A stretch of DNA of 64,000 nucleotides. Source: Leptogorgia sarmentosa. Its lineage: Eukaryota. Each line of letters starts with the position of its first letter. The first letter of the stretch is position 1. Below, one piece after another: positions 51,442-63,329 of the stretch. Made by a program: the position numbers and the translations under genes. The stretch spans positions 23,932,001 to 23,996,000 of the forward strand of contig OZ210885.1 in the NCBI GenBank assembly GCA_964658305.1. The letters are read 5' to 3'. Under the pieces are notes generated by a model. That model saw nothing but the letters and a program-made list of their open reading frames with translations. It was not told where the DNA came from and made no database searches.

Positions 51442-54400
51442 TTAAGCAAAGCAAAAACCTTTGCAGCCATACTTCAGAGCCACATCTATCTTATTCTTGA
51501 ATTGTTCAAACTCTTTGTGAACAATGGGTAGAACAATGTTGGAAAAACAACTCTCTGCCATGGGTAACTCCATCTCACTAGATGTGTTAAACATCACATT
51601 AAGCCTTTCGGACCGTGCTGGTAGAAGGTCAAACCCAGTCAAAAAACAGCACAAATCACATAAGGAAGGAACACCTAGAATTTGTAGAATAGACTGTATT
51701 ATTCTAACTTAAAAACATGATTTTTCAATGATCTTTTTCAAAGATCTTAAAATGTTATGTATGTTTACGTTATTACAGTACCGTACCTTCCTTTCGATTC
51801 TCTAGTACATCAGTGTATTCTAAAAACATGTCCATTACGGGTCTATTTGCTTCCAGTGTTTTGTCTTCAAAATGTAATTGTGGCTTAAGTTCTGCTCCAA
51901 GGATGGTGGCTTCACTGACAGTTGGGAACACAATATGGGCAGATCTGGGACATCTCTCCAGGAATGATTTTAATCCTACAGCTTCCATACCTGCAAATAT
52001 TAAAATGCCAAAGTATTGAATTGGGCTTGCAGCAATTGGTGTTAAGCTCCTGTGGGACCCTGACAGTTATTATTAAGTATTACATGGGGTATGCCTGCTT
52101 TACCATACCAAACTGAGAATTTTGGCCAAATTGTATAAGTGTTACAGAAAACTTACTTCAACTCAATACAAATTCTAATGATATTGAACCAAAACACAGA
52201 TGCATTATGCACAAACTTACCATTTGATATGTCATCCAACTCCAGCTTTCTTTTTTCTATTGTATAATACATGAGTAAATGTTGAACAACCATTTCCCTA
52301 TCGGAAACTAGAAGTTCAACATTAATACCAGCCTCGAGTAAATATGGAATTATGTTTGATGATAAATCATCTGGTAGTGGTTGGTCTTTGGGGCAGTCAA
52401 AAAACTAGAAAAGAAACAATGTAGATATTGTCAAACAAATACAATTAGCCTTTTGCTAATTGAGTCAGGCTACTGGGTCTAGTGGACTGTTTGCAGAAGA
52501 ACCCCCTTATTCCTTAAGGGTCTATTACTCCTCCTGTTTAAACAAAATAGTCTATATTCACACATGGGATTAAATGACAGTGCATGGTTCTACATACATA
52601 CTTCCTTCTGTAGTAGCTGTAAGTCAATGTCTGGAACATCATGTACTTCCAAGGAAGGTGGATTGGACGACATATCTCCATTCTTACATGTAAAGTAGTG
52701 CTTAACAGCTTCTGACAAACCACACAAAGGAGGTCCATCATGCAAAAATGAATGCCCTATCATTCTACCAAGGGCTCTAAAACTCCCCGTCTGTCTCAGT
52801 GCTGGGTTGTGGACCGGAACTTTATGATCTGCCTGTCCCTCGAAATACATAACAGGTTTTGGTGAGAAGCCAATACCATCTTGAACCACTTTCATTGATA
52901 GGTGGAAGAATTCACGAAGTGGCCCTGCTCCCAACCCTTCCTCTCCTTCAAATCGTACTCGAGGTCTTGCCACTAAGTTTGTGCGTGGACTATATGTGCC
53001 CAAAATATCTGTCTTCATTTCCTCTAGACCATCGGTGCGGCAGACAGTGAATAACTGACGTGGGATAGTTCCATCAACTGTTGCTTCCTTGTAGGATGCA
53101 ATGCATTTATTAAGGTCATAGTCTGACTCTACTTCAATAATTTCTTCTACATCTGACTCTGCCTTTCGTTTGGGGCGTGTATAGCTGAGTGGCATCTCTA
53201 GCAGTTCTTCAATGTTACTGGAATCTGAGGTGACAGATTCATTATCTGCAGAAAAATGAAAGACCAATTATGCAAACATTATCCAAAGTGTTATGACTAT
53301 AATACTGCATGTTGAGTCAATCAACTTTTCAATAGTAACAACAAGAAGTGGTGCTAACCTTGTGCCAAAAGTATGTCAGTTGCCTGATTAAGATCAAAAT
53401 GTGAAGCCTGCAGTGCAGATCGACAGGATTGTTCACTGCAATCAGGAAATACCTCCCTTATTGATGGCAGCATCATTGACATTCTTATGTCTTGTTCTTG
53501 CACCTAAAAAATGTATGCAGAACATAAAATTTTCTGCCATTAGACATGGCAAGATACTAAAGTACGTAGCTGTGTTCAAGCTTACATTATATAAGAGCAT
53601 TGAAGATATTAATTCTATTTTGATGGTTGATGCTTCTTTGGGTAATAACTTTGCTACATCATGCAATTATATATATTCCAACCTGACAACTGGTTCCAAC
53701 CTGGTTCTCATCTGATTCAGTAACAAGGTCATTATGGACAATGCTTCCAGACCTAGGCAGTTAGAAATAAAACACTATTAATATTTGTTATTAGTAGAAT
53801 CATACTCGTATACTATTGCAAATGCTACATTCTGATTGGCTACTCAGCTGTCGTCTATTCTGTGATAGACCACGGTTCGCGAAAAAGCCAAGGAAAGCAA
53901 TATGGCAAGCGTTTTGCTGGTTTCTGAAGAATTTTCTTGATATAAATAATTCTGGGCATAGAGTGTATACTAAAACAATTAGACAACTCGACCTTGTTGT
54001 CTAATTGTTAAATAGAAACCTTTACACAATTTGATAATTCGAAAGAATTAGTATAACACAACAACACAGTCTTGCAGTCTAACACCATTTCATATTATTT
54101 TCAAAAAAGACAAAGATAGTACAGTAATTATAGAAACATCATGATATATGACCTACCCAACACACTCTTCATGATGGCTTCGCACAAGAGTGACAGCCAC
54201 ACAAGCACCACACCTTACACATGCCACTTTTGGGGCATTTTCAGCCTCCTAGGTATCAATGAAAAACTTTGCATATTAACATATGTATAGGGGACTGCTG
54301 ATTTATTATACTAACGACCCATCTACCCCTGCCACACACACACGCTGTAACCCTAATCCATGTTTTAACAGACTGTGCACAAGCAAAGGGGTCGTTAGCC

Positions 54401-54734
54401 TGCTTACCGACGCTTGGGGTCAAAATGAGGGCGCTTACAAGCTGGGGGGGGGGGGGGCAGGGGGCTAACCCCCCAGAGTGTTCAGAAGCTGTCTTTCACA
54501 CCGTTCTCACCTCTAAGTCAAAGTCTGTGTCATCAGTGTCTTCGTTAGATATATCGATGTTCATTTGCAACGGTCGTATATAAAGCATTGCTTTTCCTAG
54601 GCTGGACGAATCTTGCAAGAACTTTGCAGAATAACCACTGGCTGGCGGGCAACATTACTTGGCGAGTGGACGGCTGCAGCTTCGCGAAGTAAAGACATTA
54701 CACAACTAACATTTTGTGAATCATTGTTCGCCAT
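51442..54734 (-). pseudogene. Multi-exon HECT E3 ubiquitin ligase gene of IS3EU copy 2
   Basis: ATG at 54734 (MANNDSQNVS) next to the TIR; N-lobe VRFEGEEGLGAGPLREFF and FRALGRMIGHSFLHDGPP; C-lobe FLTG...LPMAESCFSNIVLP...F.NKIDVAL..GCKGFCFA* with the catalytic Cys position retained. Confidence 0.85.
53780..54013. repeat. Crypton-like non-autonomous element in a HECT intron
   Basis: ATTCTGATTGGCT near the start and a 14-bp terminal hairpin AACAATTAGACAAC-8 nt-GTTGTCTAATTGTT (53974-54009). Confidence 0.5.
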
Positions 54735-55328
54735 GTTGACGCACGTGCTGTGTTGACTCGAAATGCGCGGCGCGAAACATTTGCATACGCGCACTTGTTC
54801 CAAAATTCGTTCACTGAGCGTCATGCATAAGGTTACGTCAGCATAATGAAATACAAAATCGAATACCGGATTCAAGTGCACAATGCAGTGTACCGAATTT
54901 GTCGGGCTAAATGCAACGCGAGATAGAATAACAAAATGTAACGCATCAAAATGAAATGCTCTCGATAATTGCATAATATACATGTTTTATTATGGCGGTG
55001 ATCACCCCTCGTATTGGAGTGACAGTTGACCAGCATTTGTCGTGGAAAAGTAACACTGAAAATATTTGCAAAAAAATAACATCAGGAATTTCTGGTCTTA
55101 GACGTTTAAAGGATTTTGTTGACAGGCAAGAGCAGAAAAAATACAATTTTTTGTGAATATTTTATGTGTTTTTATTATAAATTAGTGAAGGTTTTAAATT
55201 GTTTTAAGTTCTTGACATATTGAGTCCTTTTGGTTTCCAGATTAACCCGTTAAGGTTCAATATTTGCAAAGAAATCGTTTATGTTATCAGTGTCTCACTA
55301 TGGCTGATTTGTTGTTAATTATATCCGA

Positions 55329-56247
55329 ATGGCAATCTCTGTCGAGGGACGCTGTCGTAGGAGGTTAGTCGAGGAAAAGAATATTGAAGAATTGACTATT
55401 TTAAAAGTGAAACTGTACGATACGTGCAAAGAAATCAGGAACTTTCCCACAGGAGAGTTTTCTTGCAGAAGAAAACCTAAAGGCTCAAGCAATTCTAGCA
55501 GTCTCTGTGAACGTCTTGCCGTGGACGTTTACGAGTTAATAAACTGCTTGGATAATGGAATTGTAACAAGTGAAATAAAAGCTATGATTAAGGCGATTTC
55601 TAATACAACTGTGGCTGATGGAATTAATAAAGTCAATCAAGGGGCTGGCAGCAGCGGAGTCAACAACGATGTATCTATAATAAGGCCAAACATTACACGT
55701 CGTTCGGCAAGCGGTTAGTCGGGGTTAAAAGGTAAAATTTCGTCGATGGAGGCCGATCAAATGTTGTTTCGTGAGAAAGTACTTTCTGAAATTATTTAAT
55801 TAAAAGCTAAAGTTTCTGAGCTGGACTCAACCATACAAGCACAAAATGGTGAAATAGAACAGCTTAAATCTGAACATGAGCGCCTACGTTGTGTGCATAT
55901 AAGCGGTAATCACACCGTATCCAGTAATGACGATTCATCGGCCAATTCTCGACACCCTACTGACCAAGCTGATCAGGACAAGAATGAGACCATGGATTCA
56001 AAGATTACTGACACCGATGATGTTACCATTCAGGAGGTATTGAATACCCCCTCACCAAATAAACCCTGTTCATGCCGATCTGCTGCGGCATCAACCAGAG
56101 TGAAGCAGACAGAAAAGAAGAGAGATGATAATTTATCTGCAAACAACATAGAAGCTAGAAATAAACGTACAATTATTCACCTCCCGAATAATAGTTGCAA
56201 TGATAAAAGTTTAAATGGCTGGCTCAGTAGAAATAATAATGATCACC
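55329..56247 (+). pseudogene. Probable LINE ORF1-like coiled-coil protein remnant; target of the piggyBac insertion
   Basis: Contiguous reading frame with stops and a coiled-coil stretch (LKAKVSELDSTIQAQNGEIEQLKSE). The frame resumes after the piggyBac TTAA at 58804. Confidence 0.4.
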
Positions 56248-56251
56248 TTAA

Positions 56252-58799
56252 CCTGTTGAACTCGGTCTATATTGTTGTGCCCCTCGTAACCATGTGACAC
56301 CAAATTAGCATAATTTTGCACTACCAGAAAACTGCTCAAAATTTCTCCTTTTTTCATGCAAAATGTACTTGTTGTTAGAGGATAGTAATGTATCTATAGT
56401 TTCCATCATATATCTTTGGTTACTATGGTTACCAATGTATCAATTGGGTCTAAAATGTATCAATTTTCTGATTTTGTTTCCGGTTTTCTGTCCAATAGCA
56501 AAAAAAAACCCCTTTTTTATTTTATTTTTCTCCTTACATGAAATTACAAGTATCATAAATGTTTGAAAACACTCTGTAAAATGTCAAATAATTTTATTAG
56601 CAATATAAGGTACTTGTAATAGACCCATAACCTTTCGTGGAATTGTAGTGATGAAATATAATTTACATACATTCATGACAAATTTTGTTCATCATAACTC
56701 CACATAATTATGTGTAATTCTCATGAGTGTGGTAAGTTTCAAAACAAGGCACAACACATAAGGGTTTGATGCAAGTTTTGCAAATGTATCTAGTTTCTTT
56801 TCGATGCTTCTGTGCTGCACAAACAAGGCATTTCCTGGTTGGACGTTGTTTTCCTTCAGTTGGTGGAATTTCTGCTGGGAAGTGTCGCCCTTCAAGCCGG
56901 TTTGGCACTTGTATTGCCTGGTTGATTCTCACTTGAACACCATTCAGCAAACTCCAAATAATATCCAGTCTGAAGCGGAGCAAACGACACTTTGGATCAC
57001 TCTCTTTCATCAGGACAAATGCATTTAGTAATGCCAGTTCGATATAGTGGATAGCAATCTTTTTATACCACTTTAGGCTTTTCCGACAGCTGGTGTAGAA
57101 CCCCAATAACATGTCATTCCTGTCAACACCACCCATAAATTTATTATACTGATGAATGGCTTTTGGCTTTACCTTTTCAACGCCATGACGATCTCTTTTA
57201 CCAGTACCAACATGACTGTTGTCTTGCAGAGTTGTCAACATGTATACAGACTTTTTATCCTGGTAGTTGATTGCCAACAACTTCTCATGGGAAAATGCTT
57301 TACTTTCACCCCTTTTCAATCCCTTTTGATGAAAATGTGGTGGCAGTTCATTGGCTCGATTTTTGCGTAAAGTGCCACAGGCACCAGTTTCTTTCTCACG
57401 AAGGTAGCGAAAAAGAGAAATACTTGTATACCAGTTATCCAAATAAACATGGTAACCTTTACCAAGAAGAGATTCCATCATTTCTATTACCACTGAACCA
57501 GATTTCCCAATTGTTTTTGGAACATCATCTGGGATTTCATCTGAACCTTTTCCAGCATAAATTTTGGAGTTCCAAAGATAGGCTGTGCTGCTGTCACATA
57601 AATTATAAATTTTTACACCAAATCTGGCTCTTTTAGCAGGAATATATTGTCGAAATTGTAGTCGACCCTTCCACAAAACCAATTCTTCGTCAATACTGAC
57701 TTGCTGCTTTGGAATATAGATGCTTTTGAATTTTGTTACAAGGTAGTCGACAAGAGGTCTAATTTTATAGAGCCTGTTTCGGTTCTCATCATCTGGATCA
57801 TACTGGCTGTTGTCGGCAAAATGTAAAAACTGCAACAAAATCAAGTATTTTTCTCTAGTCATAGTAGCACTAAAGAATGGAGTATGCAGCAAAGGATCTT
57901 TAGCCCAGTACATTTGATATTCTGGCTTTTTCAAAATTCCCATAAGCAGTGTTAGTGCCAAGAATGTAATGATTTCTTCTCGGTTTGTATCTTTCCATTG
58001 CTTAGCCCGGGATCTTGGTCTTAGATCCTCTTGATGTTGCTGTAAATACTGATTGGCATAAATATTGGTTTGTTCAACAAGTAAATCAATTAGGTCATCA
58101 TCAAGAAATAACTGAAAAAAGTCTATAGCTTTTGGGTTCTCACCAAGAGGAACTTGCAATCCAGGTTGAGCAGTAAATGTAGGAGGATCAGGTATATGGT
58201 CTTTCACCTCTTTCCAGACAACTTTCGTAGGCTTACTTTTCCTTTTTGACTGTACATGGTCACTTTTACGTCGTTTTCGACCAGATCTTTGTTCCTGATT
58301 GCCTTCATCAGTTGTACTATTTGTGCTCAGATTTTGCTCTTCAGCTACATTTGTACCTAATTGATACACATCATCTATATCCGCAAAATTTTCAATGTTT
58401 TGTCCACTCTCAATGCTCTCACAAACACTTTCACATTCGTCATCACTACTAGAGTTGTCAGGTTCGGAATGAGAGTCATCATCTGCCCATATTTCGTTCA
58501 AAACTTCGTCTAAAGAGACGTTCGATTTTTTCTGACGAGACGCCATGTTGAAAATATGCAAGTCGCGCAATGTCATACGGTTTCGGCGAGAAAACTGGGG
58601 AAAACTAGTTACTTAGGCTCTTCAAATTGCAACAATAATCATCCGTCAGCATCGCACAAAGTTCTGAAGTCCTTGTTTGCCCCTCGTGCACTCAAGATTT
58701 AGTATTAATATATTATGTAGATGAAGACGAGTATACTCGTCTTGTGAGGGTAGCAAAACACACTCAGGACGAGTTAACTCGTCCTCCGAGTTCAACAGG
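56252..58799 (-). mobile_element. piggyBac DNA transposon, apparently intact
   Basis: 14-bp TIR CCTGTTGAACTCGG / CCGAGTTCAACAGG; TTAA TSD at 56248-56251 and 58800-58803. Confidence 0.95.
56708..58576 (-). CDS. piggyBac transposase (PGBD4-like), 622 aa uninterrupted
   Basis: Acidic N-terminus; VSIDEE, YLDNWYTS and YNKFMGGVDRND catalytic DDD motifs; C-terminal Cys-rich domain CLVC...CKTC...LCVVPCFETYH. Confidence 0.95.
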   Translation of the reverse strand: MTLRDLHIFNMASRQKKSNVSLDEVLNEIWADDDSHSEPDNSSSDDECESVCESIESGQNIENFADIDDVYQLGTNVAEEQNLSTNSTTDEGNQEQRSGRKRRKSDHVQSKRKSKPTKVVWKEVKDHIPDPPTFTAQPGLQVPLGENPKAIDFFQLFLDDDLIDLLVEQTNIYANQYLQQHQEDLRPRSRAKQWKDTNREEIITFLALTLLMGILKKPEYQMYWAKDPLLHTPFFSATMTREKYLILLQFLHFADNSQYDPDDENRNRLYKIRPLVDYLVTKFKSIYIPKQQVSIDEELVLWKGRLQFRQYIPAKRARFGVKIYNLCDSSTAYLWNSKIYAGKGSDEIPDDVPKTIGKSGSVVIEMMESLLGKGYHVYLDNWYTSISLFRYLREKETGACGTLRKNRANELPPHFHQKGLKRGESKAFSHEKLLAINYQDKKSVYMLTTLQDNSHVGTGKRDRHGVEKVKPKAIHQYNKFMGGVDRNDMLLGFYTSCRKSLKWYKKIAIHYIELALLNAFVLMKESDPKCRLLRFRLDIIWSLLNGVQVRINQAIQVPNRLEGRHFPAEIPPTEGKQRPTRKCLVCAAQKHRKETRYICKTCIKPLCVVPCFETYHTHENYT

Positions 58800-58917
58800 T
58801 TAATAGTGACAGTAATAAATTTCCGAAACATCAAACCCCCTGGCAATATTTTCAAAATTTGCCTGGCAGTAGATTGTCTCCGCCCATACCGCAACCTAAC
58901 CATTACCCTTTTCCAGT

Positions 58918-61900
58918 GAATAATAATAATAATATTTAATATTGATAATGCACAAATTAACATGCTAATATATGATCAAATGCGCAGTACATTGAGTGAT
59001 AGTGACCTAAAATACATAAAACAACCTATATTACAATTTAATATGCTAAGCTAAAATAATATGTCTTCAATTGTTTCTTAAAACCATATAAATTATCATT
59101 TTCTCTTATGTCCTCTGGTAAAAAATTCCAAATTTTCGGGGCTACTATTTTAAAAGCTCTATCTCCAAGAGTCTTCTTGGCTTTTGTGCTACAATCCACC
59201 AATAGTACACTGCCATTTGATCTAAGATTATAACTCAATATACTTTTAACTTGAATAAGATCTTTTAAATATTCAGGAGCATTACCATATATGCACTTAG
59301 GTACAAGCATAGCTATCTTATAATTAACTCTATACTTAACAGGTAGCCAATGCAGATTAACAAGTGTAGGAGTAATGTGATCATACTTAGCAAAGTTGCA
59401 GATAAGACGAGCTGCTGTATTTTGTAGCCGTTGTAGCTTACTCAACTGAGTTGTTGAAACTCCAGCCAGAAACCCATTACAATAGTCAATCATGACATAA
59501 TAACTGACTGTACAATGGATTTCCTATGATCAAAGGATAGATACTTTCTAATTCGCTGAATATTACACAGATGATACATAACAGATTGACAGCATTTGTT
59601 TATGTGCACTGACATATTCATATTAGCATCAAATCATGACCCAAGGTTTTTGACCGCTGTCACTGACGATACTCTTGCTTGGCCAACCCTAATATTAGAT
59701 GCATTCACTTTACTCAGCTATGCACTCGTACCTATGATAATAAATTCAGTCTTATCATCATTAAGTTTTAACTTATCCACAATCGTCCAACGTCTGATAT
59801 CTTCAATGCACTTTTCAATAGCGGCAATCGCTTCCTCTTCACTAGTGGCAGAACTTGGCTTGAAAGAAAGATATATCTGGAAATCATCCGCATAAGCATG
59901 AACATCGGGTAGATGAGTTTTGACAATCTCAAGGAGTTTACTTGCATACAACGAAAATAGTAAAGGGCCCAGACATGACCCTTGAGGTACACCATGTGGG
60001 AGTTGGAAAACATCAGAATAGGTTCCATGCAAATAAACACGTTGAGTCCTGTTGGTCAGGTATGATCGAAACCAATTAAGTGCAACTCCTGTTATACCAT
60101 ACATAATCTCCAGATGACGTAACAACGCATGATGATCTACTGTGTCGAATGCCACACTCAGATGAAAGACTACCAGTAACGTCATGTGTTGACGATCCAT
60201 CAAAATATCATTCTGCACTTTAATGAGAGCTGTCTCTGTGCTATGTCATGCACGATATGCAGACTGAAGTACTGGATATAATTCTGAACAAAATTCTCTG
60301 ATTCTTTGGTCTGATCATACACCGCCATCTCTGTCAGTTTAGAAATAAACCAAAATAAAAAAGTAAATTACTTACAGGTCTCATATTTAGCAACGACGCA
60401 GCCTGACCAGCTTTTTTCAATCTGGGATCAACCAGAGCCACCCTCCAATCATCAGGGAAATATCCAAGGGAAAGAGAAGAGTTCACAATTTTAGTAATGA
60501 TAGGCAAAAGTTCATCAACTAGACCGACGACCAGTGATGTTGTCATTGGATCCAAGTTGCAACTTTTCTTTGACGATTTCTGAATAAGCTTAGTTACTTC
60601 CTCGGCAGTAAGAGGTAAAAAATTCTCTAATTTCTTATTACCATCAAACACTGGATCATTCTGAACTATGTCATCAGCTACTTCAGCATTGGCATCAAGA
60701 TCAGTACGAATATTCATAATCTTACGATGGAAAAACCGACCAATATCATTAACCAACACCACACTGTCAGCATATTCGTGGAAACACAAGTCATCCTTCG
60801 GGAGAAGAAGATCCCTAGTGGCTTTAAACAACTTCTTTTGATCTCTGCTGTTTTCACTCATAAAATCTACATAAAATCCCTTCACACCTTATTGCTGATA
60901 TAGGTAACATGGCTTTTCAATCTCTTGAACACATTCAGATCTTCAGGAAGTCACGTTTTCCTCCATCATCTACGTTCGGCCTTTCTACGTTGCCTCTTTG
61001 CCTCCGCAATGTCAGCGTTGTACCAAGGAACCCGAACCCTGTCTCTCACGATGTTGGTTTTTAGTGGCGCGTGGCGATGCATGATATTGCCCAGACTATG
61101 GTTATAATTATGCACTAGGATATCCAGATCATTACATGATTCAATTGGAGCTTGTCCACTTTCACATAGTTCAAACAATGCTGGATCACTCTTAAGACTA
61201 TCTATGTTAACTGCTTTCACCTTTCTGTAAGATATTTTCTTTACTTTAGACATAGGTTTTGTTGTGTTAATGTCACAATGAACTGTTGCATGATCAGAGA
61301 AAAAATGACAGACCCGTGGTGGACGAGCAACAAGGGTTTCCGCCCTCCTTGTAATCACAAGATTGAGAGTGTGACCTTGAATGTGTGTTGGTTCTTTCAC
61401 ATGCTGCTGAAGACCAAGCAACTCCAGACGATCAATGAAAAATTTTGTATCAGCATTAGTTGAATCATCTAAGTGAATATTAAAATCACCCATATAAGTA
61501 GCTGTTCTTTTGACATAACTCGTCAATAAACATTCTCACGGAGACTCTGTGGCTTTCGTTGTATGGCGGCCTATACAATACAACTACCCTGATCTTTCGC
61601 GAAGTCGACACTTGCACCAACAATTCACAATACTCAAAAGATCTTTCTTCACCATTTCGAACTTTCGTCACTTTATTAAAATAGTCCCTATAAAGAAGTC
61701 CAACACCCCCACCATTCTGTACTTTCCGAGGATAATCTATAAACTTGCAACCAACTGGACAAAGTTCAACTCTAATAGCATCATCAGCAGTGTGAAGCCA
61801 TGTCTCAGCTACAGCAACAAGGTCATGCTTATAATTGTAAATATAATCAACAAAGTTCGCTGTTTTGTTTCTTATTGACTGTGCATTAACTAAGCATAAT

Positions 61901-62200
61901 GACAATAGACCATGCAGTGCACCATTTTGTGATGAACAAGTTAGATTAATAAGATTAAGAGGATTTCTAATACTCTTTGAACTTTTCTCTCTATGTCCAG
62001 TAATTGCCGGAATAGATGATATTACGTGTCGACCAACAGGACCAGGATTCAACTTAAATATCAAATCCCCGATGAGCGGTACATGGAATGTTGCACTCGA
62101 GTTGACATAGTACGCACACGGACGACCATACCTTTTGAGTCGCAATCGACCATTGTATACCGACAAAGTCCTCCGATAATCAATTAGAAACCATTCTTGG
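58918..62200 (-). mobile_element. L2/CR1-type LINE with degenerate ORF2 (APE and RT) and a (TAT)n tail
   Basis: LNPGP, NAQSIRNK, ETW, GGGVG, YRPP, GDFN, SDH, PWYN, RPVSNL, AFDTVDH, GVPQGSCLGP, YADD, KLQRLQNTAAR, LHWLPV and FKKQLKT. The 3' end is AAATATTATTATTATT. Confidence 0.9.
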
Positions 62201-62384
62201 CTTTGTGTTCCAACTTCAAACTATGCCTGGTGACAGCTACCTACAATCCTGCTGGGGGGGGGGTTTACATCATTTTTATCCAAGATTGTCTTAAGACTCA
62301 GATTTAATTTCTCTCAGCATGAATTCATATAAATCAAATGTACTTTATTCTCAAGCACTAATTAGTGATAATAACACATTATTA

Positions 62385-63040
62385 TTATTTATTATATACA
62401 CAAGCGCTGGATATGAGCTATTCTGCAATCTGATTGGTTCTCTACTAGCAGGATATTAGCTCATATGCTGCTAGTACAGAAATGTAAACAAAATGGCTGA
62501 AAGAGCGAAGTCGGAATTGAAGTTTTCAACAGTTAAAAACGTCTTTGCGACCGATTAAAAGAATAAAATTCAAGAAGTTCAGTTGTAAATGTTTATTGTG
62601 CAGTTTTGAATCTGGAAAACCGGACTCGAGGTTGTAATATTCATTGCTTGACTGAGTTGGATCGCTTGTTGCTGTTTGTTGAAATTTTACAACGGTAAAA
62701 TTTGTGTTGTACTTTCAAATGCAGAAAAATACAGGTGAAAACTGCTGAAATTTAAAACTAGCTATAGTTTAAACGAAACGATGACTATTTTAATTCCGTA
62801 ACTGTTGTTTGTTCCGTGCTTTTTGGCGTGTATATATCAAGTATAAAACTGTTTTTGTAAATATGTCGATTTCAAAGCGATAGAACACTTTGAAATTATA
62901 TTCAGTTATCAACTAAAATACAAATAAATTTGGAAGTTGTTTTCGTCCAGCGTTTGTGTACATAATAAAACAGTTATTCTGCTCACTCTCGTTGTATATG
63001 ACTGATAGTCGACTCGAGTTCGCAGAATAACTGTCAAATA
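62385..63040. repeat. Crypton-like non-autonomous element
   Basis: TTATTATA...ATCTGATTGGTT start and terminal inverted pair ACAGTTATTCTGC / GCAGAATAACTGT (62970-63034), the same layout as 53780-54013. Confidence 0.5.
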
Positions 63041-63329
63041 TTATGAAAAAAAGGGGCAATTAAAGATTGAAGTGAAGTACTGATTTAGTTGCTATAAATA
63101 ACTTAAATTGGAAGAATATGTAGTATATTACACTGTATGTGTATTATTTATGCATCAGTATTCTTACTGTATAAATCAAATTTTTGTCTTCTAAAAAATA
63201 GTGTAATGGCAAGTATTGTTTGATATTACTGTAGGGGTTGCTACAACAATTCTAGCATGTTTTGAATATGATTAATATCTACATATGTCAAAAGATTTAA
63301 TTATTAGATTAAATATTAGATTAGATTTA

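Larger units (their letters stand above)
48941..55013. mobile_element. IS3EU-type DNA transposon, copy 2 (different family; transposase plus HECT gene)
   Basis: TIRs of about 220-240 bp, TATGAGGGGTGATCA...TGATCACCCCTCGTA. Perfect 6-bp TSD TTGGAG at 48935-48940 and 55014-55019, inside a LINE RT sequence. Confidence 0.92.
43580..55135 (+). pseudogene. CR1/L2-type LINE ORF2 (APE endonuclease and RT), split by hAT and IS3EU insertions
   Basis: GFKMAFLNIVSLPKKMDEIR|YSMSSKNIELIAFN.TRLD joins across the hAT TSD. RNGGGV, YRPP, GDLN, SDH, DLKKAF.TV, VPQGS..GPLLF and FADDT follow. KTLG|VTVDQHLSWK joins across the IS3EU TSD. Confidence 0.88.
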
